A DNA stretch of 64,000 nt from Promethearchaeota archaeon (GTDB lineage Archaea; Asgardarchaeota; Lokiarchaeia; Sigyniarchaeales; SOKP01). Each line of letters opens with the position of its first letter. Position 1 is the stretch's first letter. Of the stretch, positions 9,639-18,789 are shown in pieces. The notes below the pieces were generated by a model, which was not told where the DNA came from, did no database searches, and worked only from the letters and a program-made list of their open reading frames with translations. A program made the translations under genes and the position numbers. The stretch lies in the NCBI GenBank assembly GCA_008080735.1, contig SHMW01000006.1, positions 3,215 to 67,214 of the forward strand. Reading direction: 5' to 3'.

Positions 9639-11132
9639 GTGAATATTATAGCTCGATATTATCTGATAGGTTTAAGGATACTGAATGCGTTACTTTTTAT
9701 TTGGATAATCACCCTTTTCTTATCTTTATTTGATTTTAGTGCGGTTTTAACCACGGCAGATAACGAGTTAGTGATAGTCGATGTGATCCTTTCGATAAAA
9801 AATGTCGTGAGCTACGCGTTGTTTTTCCTTCTTTATCTAATTGCCTATGGCATTGCGTTTATAATAGCGGGTCTATTTGCACCTTTACCGTTCTTTGATA
9901 TGAATTTTATGTTTAGTTTTATTCAACTCTTCTTTAAAAACTTTTTAAGTTTATGGTTTTCTTTCCCTGGAGGTACGACTCCAGAACTATTTGACATACC
10001 CCTTTTAATTCTGGAAGAATTTCTATTATTTACAGAGGATTTTTATCTGCTTATTTTTCAAATTTTATTCATTATCGCAATAATTTATTTAGTTAGAGGG
10101 ATCCTCTCAAGTGATCCAAAAAATAATATGAGGGCGATTGGATGCTTGGTGTTAATGATCGTAATCCCACTCATTATTTTTGGATTTAGGGATATGTTAG
10201 CATTGTTTGGATTGGTAGAACCTTTCAATTCCTTGGGTATAATAAATCTTAGTGAATTAACAAATCCTCTAAGCCCTTTGTTTGATGATATTCCCATCGA
10301 TAATTTCTTTGCCTTCCTTATAAGTCCTGTTGCGCTTTTTGCAATAACGAGTTATTTATACCTAGAATTTGCGTTCCAAATTAATTACATTGATACCGTA
10401 ACACGACCATCTCTGGAGAGAAGCGACCGTTTGGAAGCCCAATTGAACTTATTACGAAAAGAAGCTGTCCATATTACCGCAAATATAGACAAAATTAAAG
10501 AAGAAGCAAAAAAGAAAAAAGAAGAATTAGGCCTTCAAAAAGAGTCAGTGGGCAAATTTTTATCTCAAAAGGATAAGAAGTTTTCATATGTAAAAGAAAT
10601 GATTGAAAGAAAAAAACTGGAATCAGAAGAGAAAAAACTGGTTCAAGCAGCATCCAAAACGCGAAGGTTGGGAAGATATATTGATAGATTATTTAGAGAA
10701 GATATTGAAGCAGAAGATACTTTAACGGCCCGATCATCTACCCCCCGGACAAGAAACTTAGCAGTCTCGACAATAACAAATTCTGCATTTAGATTAGTTA
10801 TTCTCATTCTTATAAGTTTTGTAATTATTCATCCTGAATGGTTTTTTGTGAACGTTTTTCAATTACCTCCAGCAATCACAGAGTCTGTTGCGACAATGAG
10901 TCCCGAGATTATCATCATTCTTTTATTACCAATAATTCTGCTATTTCCCGTAATCGGAAAACTAATCTCTTATATCAAACATCGGTCACTCGTATTAAGA
11001 TTGAAACAAGAAGGTAAAATAAAAGAAATAATGGCATCGGTGGGGGACTATGTCAAAAAGGAACAAGAACCCCCAGCTGAAGAAATAGAAGAAGAAATTT
11101 CAATTGGAGAAGTTACCACAGAAGCAACATAA
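9639..11132 (+). CDS. Polytopic membrane protein with central coiled-coil (last gene of MoxR cluster)
   Basis: 497 aa, GTG start. Multiple hydrophobic helices at both ends, with a K/E-rich heptad-like middle (LRKEAVHITANIDKIKEEAKKKKEELGLQKE). No family recognised. Confidence 0.55.
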   Translation: MNIIARYYLIGLRILNALLFIWIITLFLSLFDFSAVLTTADNELVIVDVILSIKNVVSYALFFLLYLIAYGIAFIIAGLFAPLPFFDMNFMFSFIQLFFKNFLSLWFSFPGGTTPELFDIPLLILEEFLLFTEDFYLLIFQILFIIAIIYLVRGILSSDPKNNMRAIGCLVLMIVIPLIIFGFRDMLALFGLVEPFNSLGIINLSELTNPLSPLFDDIPIDNFFAFLISPVALFAITSYLYLEFAFQINYIDTVTRPSLERSDRLEAQLNLLRKEAVHITANIDKIKEEAKKKKEELGLQKESVGKFLSQKDKKFSYVKEMIERKKLESEEKKLVQAASKTRRLGRYIDRLFREDIEAEDTLTARSSTPRTRNLAVSTITNSAFRLVILILISFVIIHPEWFFVNVFQLPPAITESVATMSPEIIIILLLPIILLFPVIGKLISYIKHRSLVLRLKQEGKIKEIMASVGDYVKKEQEPPAEEIEEEISIGEVTTEAT

Positions 11133-11154
11133 ATCCTTTTTCCCATATAATATT

Positions 11155-12084
11155 TCACAAATCTATAACATATTTTGCTAAAGCTTTTTTTTTATCAAGA
11201 TCACTCATTATTGTATTGTAAGTATATACATTTATTCCCAACTCTTCGATCTTAGTTTGCAATTGCTTATCTTGTTCATCGATCACAAAATGACCTAAGA
11301 ACTCTTGATAATATTTGGCAACACCGTAACTAGACACTTCTAGTCCTTTCCATTTTAATAGTTTATCTGCTGGTCCTTTCACGGTTTTACCCGCGATAAT
11401 TGGACTGATAGCATATACTTTTTCCTTAACTTCGGTTAGTGCTTTTTTGATCCTCTCAACACCGAGTATTGTTCCAATGGAGACGATTGGATTAGAGGGG
11501 CAGATAATAATTTTATCAGCGTTTTTGATATATTGTAATACATTTTTAGCGGGTTTCGCTTTCTCAATATCCCTAAATTCCACATTCACTATCTCGGGTT
11601 CACATCTGTATTTGATATAATATTCTTCAAAATGAAGTTCACCAATTGGTGTTTCAATATAAGTCTGCACAGGCTCATTACACATAGGCATCACACTCGC
11701 TTCTACACCTAATTTGCTACATATTATATTTGTGATTTGTTCTTTAGTAAAACCTCGAGTTATTAAATCGCTTCTATAGATATGAGTTGCAAGGTCTTTA
11801 TCTCCCGCATTAAACCAATTTACATCGTAAAAATGAGTTAATCTGCTGAGACAATTGAAAGATTCATTTCTAAATCCCCATCCCTTTTTTCTATCAATAA
11901 GGTCTGCTAAAGTGTATGTAATAATATCCAGATCCGGGCAGATATGAAGTCCAAATAGGATTATATCATCTGCAGTATTCACAATTATTTTGAGGTTCTT
12001 TTGGTCGATGATATTTGCAAGACCGTCAATGAATTTAGCTGCCCCCACCCCTCCAGCTAATAATAAATATAAATTTTCAGTCAT
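11155..12084 (-). CDS. cofD: 2-phospho-L-lactate (LPPG:FO) transferase CofD
   Basis: 309 aa. LLAGGVGAAKFIDGL (CofD SGGTGGAK-type motif) and DDIILFGLHICPDLDIITYTLADLIDRKKGWGFRNESF (DD..hGL.vsPDlDt..Y.L......GWG pattern). Confidence 0.85.
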   Translation of the reverse strand: MTENLYLLLAGGVGAAKFIDGLANIIDQKNLKIIVNTADDIILFGLHICPDLDIITYTLADLIDRKKGWGFRNESFNCLSRLTHFYDVNWFNAGDKDLATHIYRSDLITRGFTKEQITNIICSKLGVEASVMPMCNEPVQTYIETPIGELHFEEYYIKYRCEPEIVNVEFRDIEKAKPAKNVLQYIKNADKIIICPSNPIVSIGTILGVERIKKALTEVKEKVYAISPIIAGKTVKGPADKLLKWKGLEVSSYGVAKYYQEFLGHFVIDEQDKQLQTKIEELGINVYTYNTIMSDLDKKKALAKYVIDL

Positions 12085-12090
12085 AAATAT

Positions 12091-13518
12091 TCACTCAATT
12101 TTGAAAATAATATCATCTAATTTTTTACGTTTGGGCGTTTTTGGCTCCTTCTTGGGATATCCAACTGTAATAAACGCTATAGGATCAAAATCTCTGGGAA
12201 GATTCAGTACCTCTCTCACTTCTTTTCTTGCGAATAGTGGGGCACAATACCAAGAACCCGCTAATCCTTTTGACTCTAAGGATAAAAGGAAATAGGTTGC
12301 GCAGGTACTTATGCTCTGTATTCCGAGTAGATACTCATTCCGAGATCTTTCCGCGTCAGAATATTCTTGAAGATCAGATTTATCTAAACATAACAATACC
12401 AATAAGGGCGCCTTTAAAAAACTTTCTCGTGTTTTATTAATATTCTTTTCTATGAATTGTTGTGATCTGTTGTCCCTTTGGAGATCTTCACGCATTTTAT
12501 CATTCATTTTATCAATCAGATTTTTTCTCACTTCTCCTCTTTTTAAAATAATATATCTCCAAAACTGACCATTGTGTGCACTTGGCGCCCATCTTGATAT
12601 TTTAATACACTTTTTTATAGTCTCGATATTAACTATTCTTTCTTGGAAAGGTAATTTATAGCTCCTTCTATTTTTTAATACTTCTTTAATTAAATCTTCT
12701 TTATTGGACCTAAACAAATCTTTTATAGGCTCTCGCAAAATAGAATTAATTGATACATTTTCCACAGTATTATAACTATAACCTTTAATTAACACTGCTG
12801 GAATACCTTCATCAGATTCCCCCATCAAAAGTTGCGCTGCTGATGCTAGATTGTCTATCTGACCTATGATAGTTGTTTTTAATTCTTTTTTAAATAAATC
12901 TGTGGCACCTCGTTTATCTAATAAGGGCGCGATTCCTGAAACACCAATCGCAACCCCTACTGACCCCACTCTAAAGGGTCGTCCAAATGAGTCTGATATA
13001 ATTACCGTTATATCTTTATTAGTCTTTTGTTTTATTGCTTTTCTGATTTTATCCGCCTCTTTATCGGGATCAGCGGGTAAAAGTGATATTACATTCCCCT
13101 CCCCCACATTTGATTTATCAATGCCCGCATTAGCACAAATAAATCCATGTTTGGTTTCTGTAATTAGTATATGTGAGGATTTGATTAATTTTTTAGATTC
13201 ATCTAAAATCGCTTGGATCAGTTCTGGTTCTTTGATGGGTAAATCTTCGCCTTCAGTTTTTTCTTTAATTTTTTGGTAAATTCGCAACGCGTCCTTACTT
13301 GGGTTTATCAAGTTTAAATCTCTTATATCTCCGAGACTTTTAGATATTATTATTTGTGCAATTACAATGATATCGCCATTATCCAACCTTAGTTCATTTC
13401 TCTCAATATTATCTAAAATTATGTTAGAGATGTCATCCCCCTCCTTTATTAAGGGGATATTCTCAATTCCTATAATCTCAATTTTCTTTGAATTATGCAT
13501 CTTGTTATTGAGTTTCAA
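12091..13518 (-). CDS. cofE: F420-0:gamma-glutamyl ligase CofE fused to a nitroreductase-family domain (FbiB-like architecture)
   Basis: 475 aa. N-terminal half has CofE motifs (PLIKEGDDIS, GDIIVIAQIIISKS, FICANAGIDKSNVG). C-terminal ~200 aa has the nitroreductase pattern (RRSYKLPF...IKISRWAPSAHNGQFWRYI...GYP). Confidence 0.8.
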   Translation of the reverse strand: MKLNNKMHNSKKIEIIGIENIPLIKEGDDISNIILDNIERNELRLDNGDIIVIAQIIISKSLGDIRDLNLINPSKDALRIYQKIKEKTEGEDLPIKEPELIQAILDESKKLIKSSHILITETKHGFICANAGIDKSNVGEGNVISLLPADPDKEADKIRKAIKQKTNKDITVIISDSFGRPFRVGSVGVAIGVSGIAPLLDKRGATDLFKKELKTTIIGQIDNLASAAQLLMGESDEGIPAVLIKGYSYNTVENVSINSILREPIKDLFRSNKEDLIKEVLKNRRSYKLPFQERIVNIETIKKCIKISRWAPSAHNGQFWRYIILKRGEVRKNLIDKMNDKMREDLQRDNRSQQFIEKNINKTRESFLKAPLLVLLCLDKSDLQEYSDAERSRNEYLLGIQSISTCATYFLLSLESKGLAGSWYCAPLFARKEVREVLNLPRDFDPIAFITVGYPKKEPKTPKRKKLDDIIFKIE

Positions 13519-13939
13519 AATTAGAATTAATTGGTTTACCTGTTCTATATAGTGTACTCATCATAGTTGCAACTTTTTTTTTTTTATCCTTTTTTTTAGT
13601 GTAAAGTGTAAAAAGATAGGTTCCAATTTTTCTGGTTTGATTGATTATTTCCCCATCCACATATAATATTTGCTCGGGATCGGGTGATGAATGATAGGTG
13701 ATATGACAATCTAATGCTACAGAAACATTATTTTTATTATTGCCTAAAACAGAGAATGCGGCATCAGCTAATCCATAGATTGCCCCTCCATGAGGTCGCC
13801 CGTAAAAATTGTTCAAATCCGATTTGAGTTTCATGTGCATTTTTACGGTATTTTCATTTAGCTCATCTAAGATTACACCTAGCTTTTGAGCGAAAAGGTC
13901 TTCTCTAAATTTTTCCTTTATAATCTCAATCTTTTTCAT
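13505..13939 (-). CDS. PaaI/hotdog-fold thioesterase
   Basis: 144 aa. GRPHGGAIYGLADAAFSVLG is the typical PaaI-family thioesterase motif. Overlaps the cofE start by 14 nt. Confidence 0.72.
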   Translation of the reverse strand: MKKIEIIKEKFREDLFAQKLGVILDELNENTVKMHMKLKSDLNNFYGRPHGGAIYGLADAAFSVLGNNKNNVSVALDCHITYHSSPDPEQILYVDGEIINQTRKIGTYLFTLYTKKKDKKKKVATMMSTLYRTGKPINSNFETQ

Positions 13940-13961
13940 TTTTTTCTTTATTAGGTAATTA

Positions 13962-15017
13962 TCACATTCTTAGATATTTTTTTATTTTGGCATCTTTCAT
14001 AATTGTCTTTATTTCATCTTTCTTTTCAACTGCGCAACAAGATGAAAAAAATTTTAGCTTAATTTGGGGGTAATTTTTATTTACCCATTGTAAAGTATGC
14101 CTTGAAGGCATTTCCAGCCTATTAATTCCCGCTTTGATAGCCATTTTTTCTAACGATTGACGTATTTTGCCCCTTGGTCGCATGCATCCTAACGATATTT
14201 CCTTATTAGGAAAAATAAATCGAGCCAGAGCGATAATTTTTGATATATCTATTATAGATGGTGTTTTAAATTCCATCTGTGAACTTTTGGGGGGAATAAG
14301 TGCTATGAAAACGATTAATGCGGGATCCAGACCACTTTCCTTAATTAATTTGATGCATTCTAACTCTTTCGATAATTCCCCATAATGTAATCCTATACAG
14401 ATATGAGGAACAATGTTCAAATTATATTTTTGGAGTAATCTAATTGATTTTTGATAATCATTTATGCTTTTATCTAAGTGATAAATATTTTGTATGATCT
14501 CTTGATCCACATTTATATCAAAAGAGACGATATCCACATTAGCAGCTGATAATTTTTTAGCTGTTACCTCATTTAACAATCCCGTGTGAGTGTTAATTAT
14601 CAGATTTGTTTCTTTTTTAATTTTTTTAATGGTATCCAGATATTTATATAGAGGGACTGATCCATCCGATAAACACCCTCCCGAAATTAACGCACCCACC
14701 CCTCCATTTTTAGCATGTGTGATTAAATAATGATAAAGATCACTGTTAGTCGTAAGAGGTTTCATACCCTTCAAATATTTCTCGTTACAGTGTTCACAAC
14801 TCAACTCACATCGATCTCCTGTAATACTTATGGCAGGAAAACGATCGTCAGGAACATATATTTTTAAAACCTCTCCCCGATTGTTCAATTTAATTTTATA
14901 AGATAATTCAAAAAACCGTTCTAATTTCTCGTCTGGTAATTTTATGAATTCAAAATAATCATCCCAAGTTGCTTGATTGTTTTCAAACCTTCTGAATAGA
15001 CTTTCTGTTTTATTCAT
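13962..15017 (-). CDS. Radical SAM protein, candidate LipS1/LipS2-type lipoyl synthase component
   Basis: 351 aa. CX3CX2C cluster motif (CELSCEHC). Overlaps the stop of the lplA-like gene by 8 nt. The operon context supports the call. Confidence 0.6.
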   Translation of the reverse strand: MNKTESLFRRFENNQATWDDYFEFIKLPDEKLERFFELSYKIKLNNRGEVLKIYVPDDRFPAISITGDRCELSCEHCNEKYLKGMKPLTTNSDLYHYLITHAKNGGVGALISGGCLSDGSVPLYKYLDTIKKIKKETNLIINTHTGLLNEVTAKKLSAANVDIVSFDINVDQEIIQNIYHLDKSINDYQKSIRLLQKYNLNIVPHICIGLHYGELSKELECIKLIKESGLDPALIVFIALIPPKSSQMEFKTPSIIDISKIIALARFIFPNKEISLGCMRPRGKIRQSLEKMAIKAGINRLEMPSRHTLQWVNKNYPQIKLKFFSSCCAVEKKDEIKTIMKDAKIKKYLRM

Positions 15018-15789
15018 ATTTACATAACCAACTCTCTTGAGAATATTTCTCTTTCATTAGTTTATGCGCCAATTTTAGTTCGAAGGCAGAATAGTCTCCT
15101 ATCTCCAACTTTATATTTAAAATTCTTTCGAAACCTCGTTGGATTGATTCAAGAAACTTATCTTCATCATAATTTTCAAGTTTTTCCCGGATTCCAATAC
15201 ATTTAGATTTTACAGATCGGACCATTCTACTCTTAGATACATTAGGGGGCGTTTTTAATACCGTATACATCAGATCGGGATCGATTGTAAGCAGAATTGT
15301 GCCATGTTGTAGTAAGTAGCCCTTTCTTCTAACTTGAGCATTTCCAGAAAACTTCTTCCCATCCATAAAAAGAGCTGGGCAATGAATTATACCTTTTTCT
15401 GACTCTAACCCGAAAATATTTAATCCTTCTACAATTCCTTGGGTAATGAGTTCAAACTGTTCCAAAACTTTACGCGCATCATGCTTTTCTAAAAATTTTA
15501 AGGAACATACAATTGAATAAGTAATTTCTCCTTTATTATCATGGAACACGGCACCCCCACCCGTAATTCGCCGCACATAATCAAAACCCCTTTTCTTACA
15601 AAATTCCACATTAATTTCATCAGCTAAACTTTGATTTCTCCCTATTGTTGCGGTTGAAGGCTCCCATTTATAAAATCGGAAGGTAAATGGTGATTTTTTT
15701 AGTATCACCGCTCTTAAAATAGCCTCATCGAGAGCCATATTCCGATAGCCATTATTTGTTTCTAACGGTACATATCTCCATATTTTCAT
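15010..15789 (-). CDS. lplA: Lipoate(octanoate)-protein ligase, catalytic domain only (LplA-N type)
   Basis: 259 aa. BPL/LplA/LipB pattern: NMALDEAIL, RRITGGGAVFHD, KFSGNAQVRRKGYLLQHGTILL. Confidence 0.8.
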   Translation of the reverse strand: MKIWRYVPLETNNGYRNMALDEAILRAVILKKSPFTFRFYKWEPSTATIGRNQSLADEINVEFCKKRGFDYVRRITGGGAVFHDNKGEITYSIVCSLKFLEKHDARKVLEQFELITQGIVEGLNIFGLESEKGIIHCPALFMDGKKFSGNAQVRRKGYLLQHGTILLTIDPDLMYTVLKTPPNVSKSRMVRSVKSKCIGIREKLENYDEDKFLESIQRGFERILNIKLEIGDYSAFELKLAHKLMKEKYSQESWLCKYE

Positions 15790-15797
15790 GTTTTCAA

Positions 15798-16805
15798 TTA
15801 AATTTTTGTAAAAGATTTGAGTTGATCATAGATTTGGTCTTTTTCTGATTTGGTGAGCTTGCGGGGATAATTATAGATTGGTCCCGAGGGCTTTGACGTA
15901 TAATAAGGACGATTACAATTAGGACAACCCGTAGTCATAAATGCTATGCTATCATCTACAATATTTAGCAAATCTGCTTTACTAATATTAAAACCAATAA
16001 TAGCTTCTTTATTATTGAAAGTTATATCTTTAAGTGATTTATTCTCGTTCACTAATAAATACCTTCCTAATTGAACTTTTCTGAAATTTAACAAATCTGG
16101 TGAGTTTAGATCTTCCAGATTAGTACCTTTAATTGGAGTAAATGCAAATAGGGCTGGTGTAATATGATGCTCCTTTAATTTAAAAATTAATTCCATTATT
16201 TCCTTCTGGGAATTCCCTAAACCTACAATGATGTGAGTAGAAACCGCTCCATCTCTAAATATTTTTGTTGCCTTTAATAATGCTTCATAATGAGTTTTCC
16301 AGCTATAAGGGCCATTCACCAGTTCTCCTTTAATCTTTTCAAACACCTGTTTACTGGCAGCATCTAAAGCAATTCCCACTCGTTCAACACCCAATAATCG
16401 TAATTCTCTAATGCGATCTGTGTTCATTGGAGGAATAGCGATCGAAATGGGTATGGAGGTTTCTTTTTTTAATTCGGAAATAATTTCACATAGATCTTTG
16501 AAATTTTCTGGATAATTTAGTGTCTGGATACAGATCCTTTTGAATCTTTTTGAGGGCATCATATATTTTATTTTTGTTAAAAATTTCGAAAAAGAATATA
16601 CTGGCCATGTAACACGCGATAAACGATCTATTGAAGACTCAGATTCACGCGCTTGTGGACAAAATCCACAATTCGCAGCACACTTCCCCTCCACATATGT
16701 CATTAAATAACATGTTGTTGGAGAATCTGCTATTTTGATATTTGATGTTAATCCGAGTTTGGCCGCGCTCCCTATTGAGACTCTGATCTTGTTAACATCC
16801 ATCAA
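15798..16805 (-). CDS. Radical SAM protein, candidate LipS1/LipS2-type lipoyl synthase component
   Basis: 335 aa. CX3CX2C motif (CAANCGFCPQ) and a C-terminal cysteine pair (TTGCPNCNRPYY). Lies 8 nt upstream of lplA. Confidence 0.6.
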   Translation of the reverse strand: MMDVNKIRVSIGSAAKLGLTSNIKIADSPTTCYLMTYVEGKCAANCGFCPQARESESSIDRLSRVTWPVYSFSKFLTKIKYMMPSKRFKRICIQTLNYPENFKDLCEIISELKKETSIPISIAIPPMNTDRIRELRLLGVERVGIALDAASKQVFEKIKGELVNGPYSWKTHYEALLKATKIFRDGAVSTHIIVGLGNSQKEIMELIFKLKEHHITPALFAFTPIKGTNLEDLNSPDLLNFRKVQLGRYLLVNENKSLKDITFNNKEAIIGFNISKADLLNIVDDSIAFMTTGCPNCNRPYYTSKPSGPIYNYPRKLTKSEKDQIYDQLKSFTKI

Positions 16806-16863
16806 AATAGTATAATTTCTCCATAAAGTTAAGTTTTTTTCATAAATTTCATAAGACTATTTA

Positions 16864-17949
16864 ATGAACATTATTTACCTCGTAAATTTTCACATATACA
16901 AAAATTTCGCCAACATCGAGAGTGTTGGAGGAATAGAGGTGGTTACTGAAAATGTTATTAATGGTCTAAAAGAAAATGGTCATAAGGTATGGGTTCCTCA
17001 AAGGGAAATAAAACCTAAATGGGCTAAAGATGGACAAGTAGATATTGTATGCGCCTCTAGTTTTGATCCTTTAACTTTTCTACAGCTTTTGAAATATAAA
17101 AAAAAATATATTAAAACTGCAGCTATTGTACAACATGCCCATACGACATATGAGGATCTAAAAGGGAATATCTTGCCAGATCGTTCTATCTTCAATCATC
17201 TCTCAAGAATTTGGATACGTATATTATATAGTCAGGCTCATCTTCTAATAACACCAACAGAATATTCTAAAAAACTTCTTGAAAATATTCAGAGTTCAAA
17301 AACTTATCCAATCTATGCTGTAACCAATGGTGTTAATGTTGAAAAATTTAAAAAATTAGAAAAATATCGAAAAAATTTTAGAAATTATCTAACTAAACAC
17401 TATCATATTCCATCCGATTCTAAAATTATCCTAAATGTTGGCTTACCGTGGAAAAGAAAAAGGGTTGACTTATTTGGAGATGTAGCAAAAAATCTCCCGG
17501 AATATTATTTTGTGTGGGTTGGACCTATAAATGATAATGCAGATATTACTAAAACTTCAGAGTTGGACAATGTAATATTTACAGGATTTTATGATGATAT
17601 CAGGGAACCTTATTATGGTTCAGATGTACTACTTATTACATCTGATGAAGAAAATCAAGGTATTCCGATTTTGGAATCAGCTATATGCGAATTACCATTA
17701 GTTATTAGAGATATTAAGGTTTTTGATTGGTTAGAACATAATAAAAGTGCATATAAAGCAAATAGCTCGAAAAAACTCGCCCAAGGAATCCAGAAAGTTT
17801 TATCAAATAAAGAATATAGGGAAAAAATCATAAAGAATGCCAAAAAAAAGGTTACAAAATATCATAGCTTTGAAAAGACGCTTCAAAAAATCATTGGTTT
17901 GTTTAAAATGGCTTTAAAAATTAAAGAAGTATGGGAAAGGAAAAGGTAA
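16864..17949 (+). CDS. Glycosyltransferase, GT4 (GT-B fold)
   Basis: 361 aa. C-terminal Glycos_transf_1 pattern (VGP...FTGFYDD...YYGSDVLLITSDEENQGIPILESAICELPLV). Confidence 0.75.
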   Translation: MNIIYLVNFHIYKNFANIESVGGIEVVTENVINGLKENGHKVWVPQREIKPKWAKDGQVDIVCASSFDPLTFLQLLKYKKKYIKTAAIVQHAHTTYEDLKGNILPDRSIFNHLSRIWIRILYSQAHLLITPTEYSKKLLENIQSSKTYPIYAVTNGVNVEKFKKLEKYRKNFRNYLTKHYHIPSDSKIILNVGLPWKRKRVDLFGDVAKNLPEYYFVWVGPINDNADITKTSELDNVIFTGFYDDIREPYYGSDVLLITSDEENQGIPILESAICELPLVIRDIKVFDWLEHNKSAYKANSSKKLAQGIQKVLSNKEYREKIIKNAKKKVTKYHSFEKTLQKIIGLFKMALKIKEVWERKR

Positions 17950-17980
17950 TATTGCTTAAATCTCTCCAAATATTTTATTA

Positions 17981-18466
17981 CTATAAGTTTGTTTTCAATT
18001 GAGCTAAAGTTCTTTCTAAAACTTCGATAACTTTTTGTTTATAGGATTGTTGTTCTGGATAATCATAACTAAAATTCCTCCAATATGATCTTTGATGACC
18101 AATTTTATATTTCACCCCTTTCATTGTGGTCAAATAAGAATTTGCATCCAGCTTCTCTGCGATTTGATCTGCGATTATATACCAATGATATTTTGTCCCC
18201 CTCTCCGCTCCACTATTATTGGGGGCTTCATTATATCTTTTTTTTATACAATTAAAAATGATTTTCCACTCATCGGGGGCCTTCTTAACTTCGTACCATC
18301 TTCCTTGGTCATATTTCCAGTAATGCTTCCCTCCCACTCGCATCCCTGTATATACTTTATTTCCATGGGTTTTTAGACTATTAAAGTCTTTTGATTTTAT
18401 TTTATTGTTATTTTTTATTTCATTCGCTGTTAAAAAATCTGCGATATCGTATTTCTCTGACGACAT
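17981..18466 (-). CDS. Hypothetical protein
   Basis: 161-aa ORF with protein-like composition (W/Y/K-rich). No family recognised. Confidence 0.45.
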   Translation of the reverse strand: MSSEKYDIADFLTANEIKNNNKIKSKDFNSLKTHGNKVYTGMRVGGKHYWKYDQGRWYEVKKAPDEWKIIFNCIKKRYNEAPNNSGAERGTKYHWYIIADQIAEKLDANSYLTTMKGVKYKIGHQRSYWRNFSYDYPEQQSYKQKVIEVLERTLAQLKTNL

Positions 18467-18789
18467 AATGAAGAATTATCAATTATTTATTAAAAAACCT
18501 AAGAGAGCACAAGTTTTTCAAAAAGTCATTTAGTAGAGAAATCTAATATATTTTTATGACATTCATAAAATGTTATATAGTAAAAAATTGATTAGAATCT
18601 TCAATAGATTCAATAGAAAGCAAAGATAATGAATATCCAACTATTCTTTGGTCTAAAATGATAAATAAAGATTAAAACCACATTCTTTTCGATTATACTT
18701 ATCAATTTTCGAAAAAAATTTATTCCATTTCGCATTTATACACTAAATATTTGTACATTGGCAAATCTACGATAATATTATTGAACTAG

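Noticed and set aside
13574-13597. T12 and T8 homopolymers (A-runs on the coding strand) inside the thioesterase gene
   Set aside because: They encode the in-frame KKKDKKKK stretch, and the ORF is intact and continues into a plausible overlap with cofE. They are potentially slip-prone, but nothing in the sequence indicates a frameshift.
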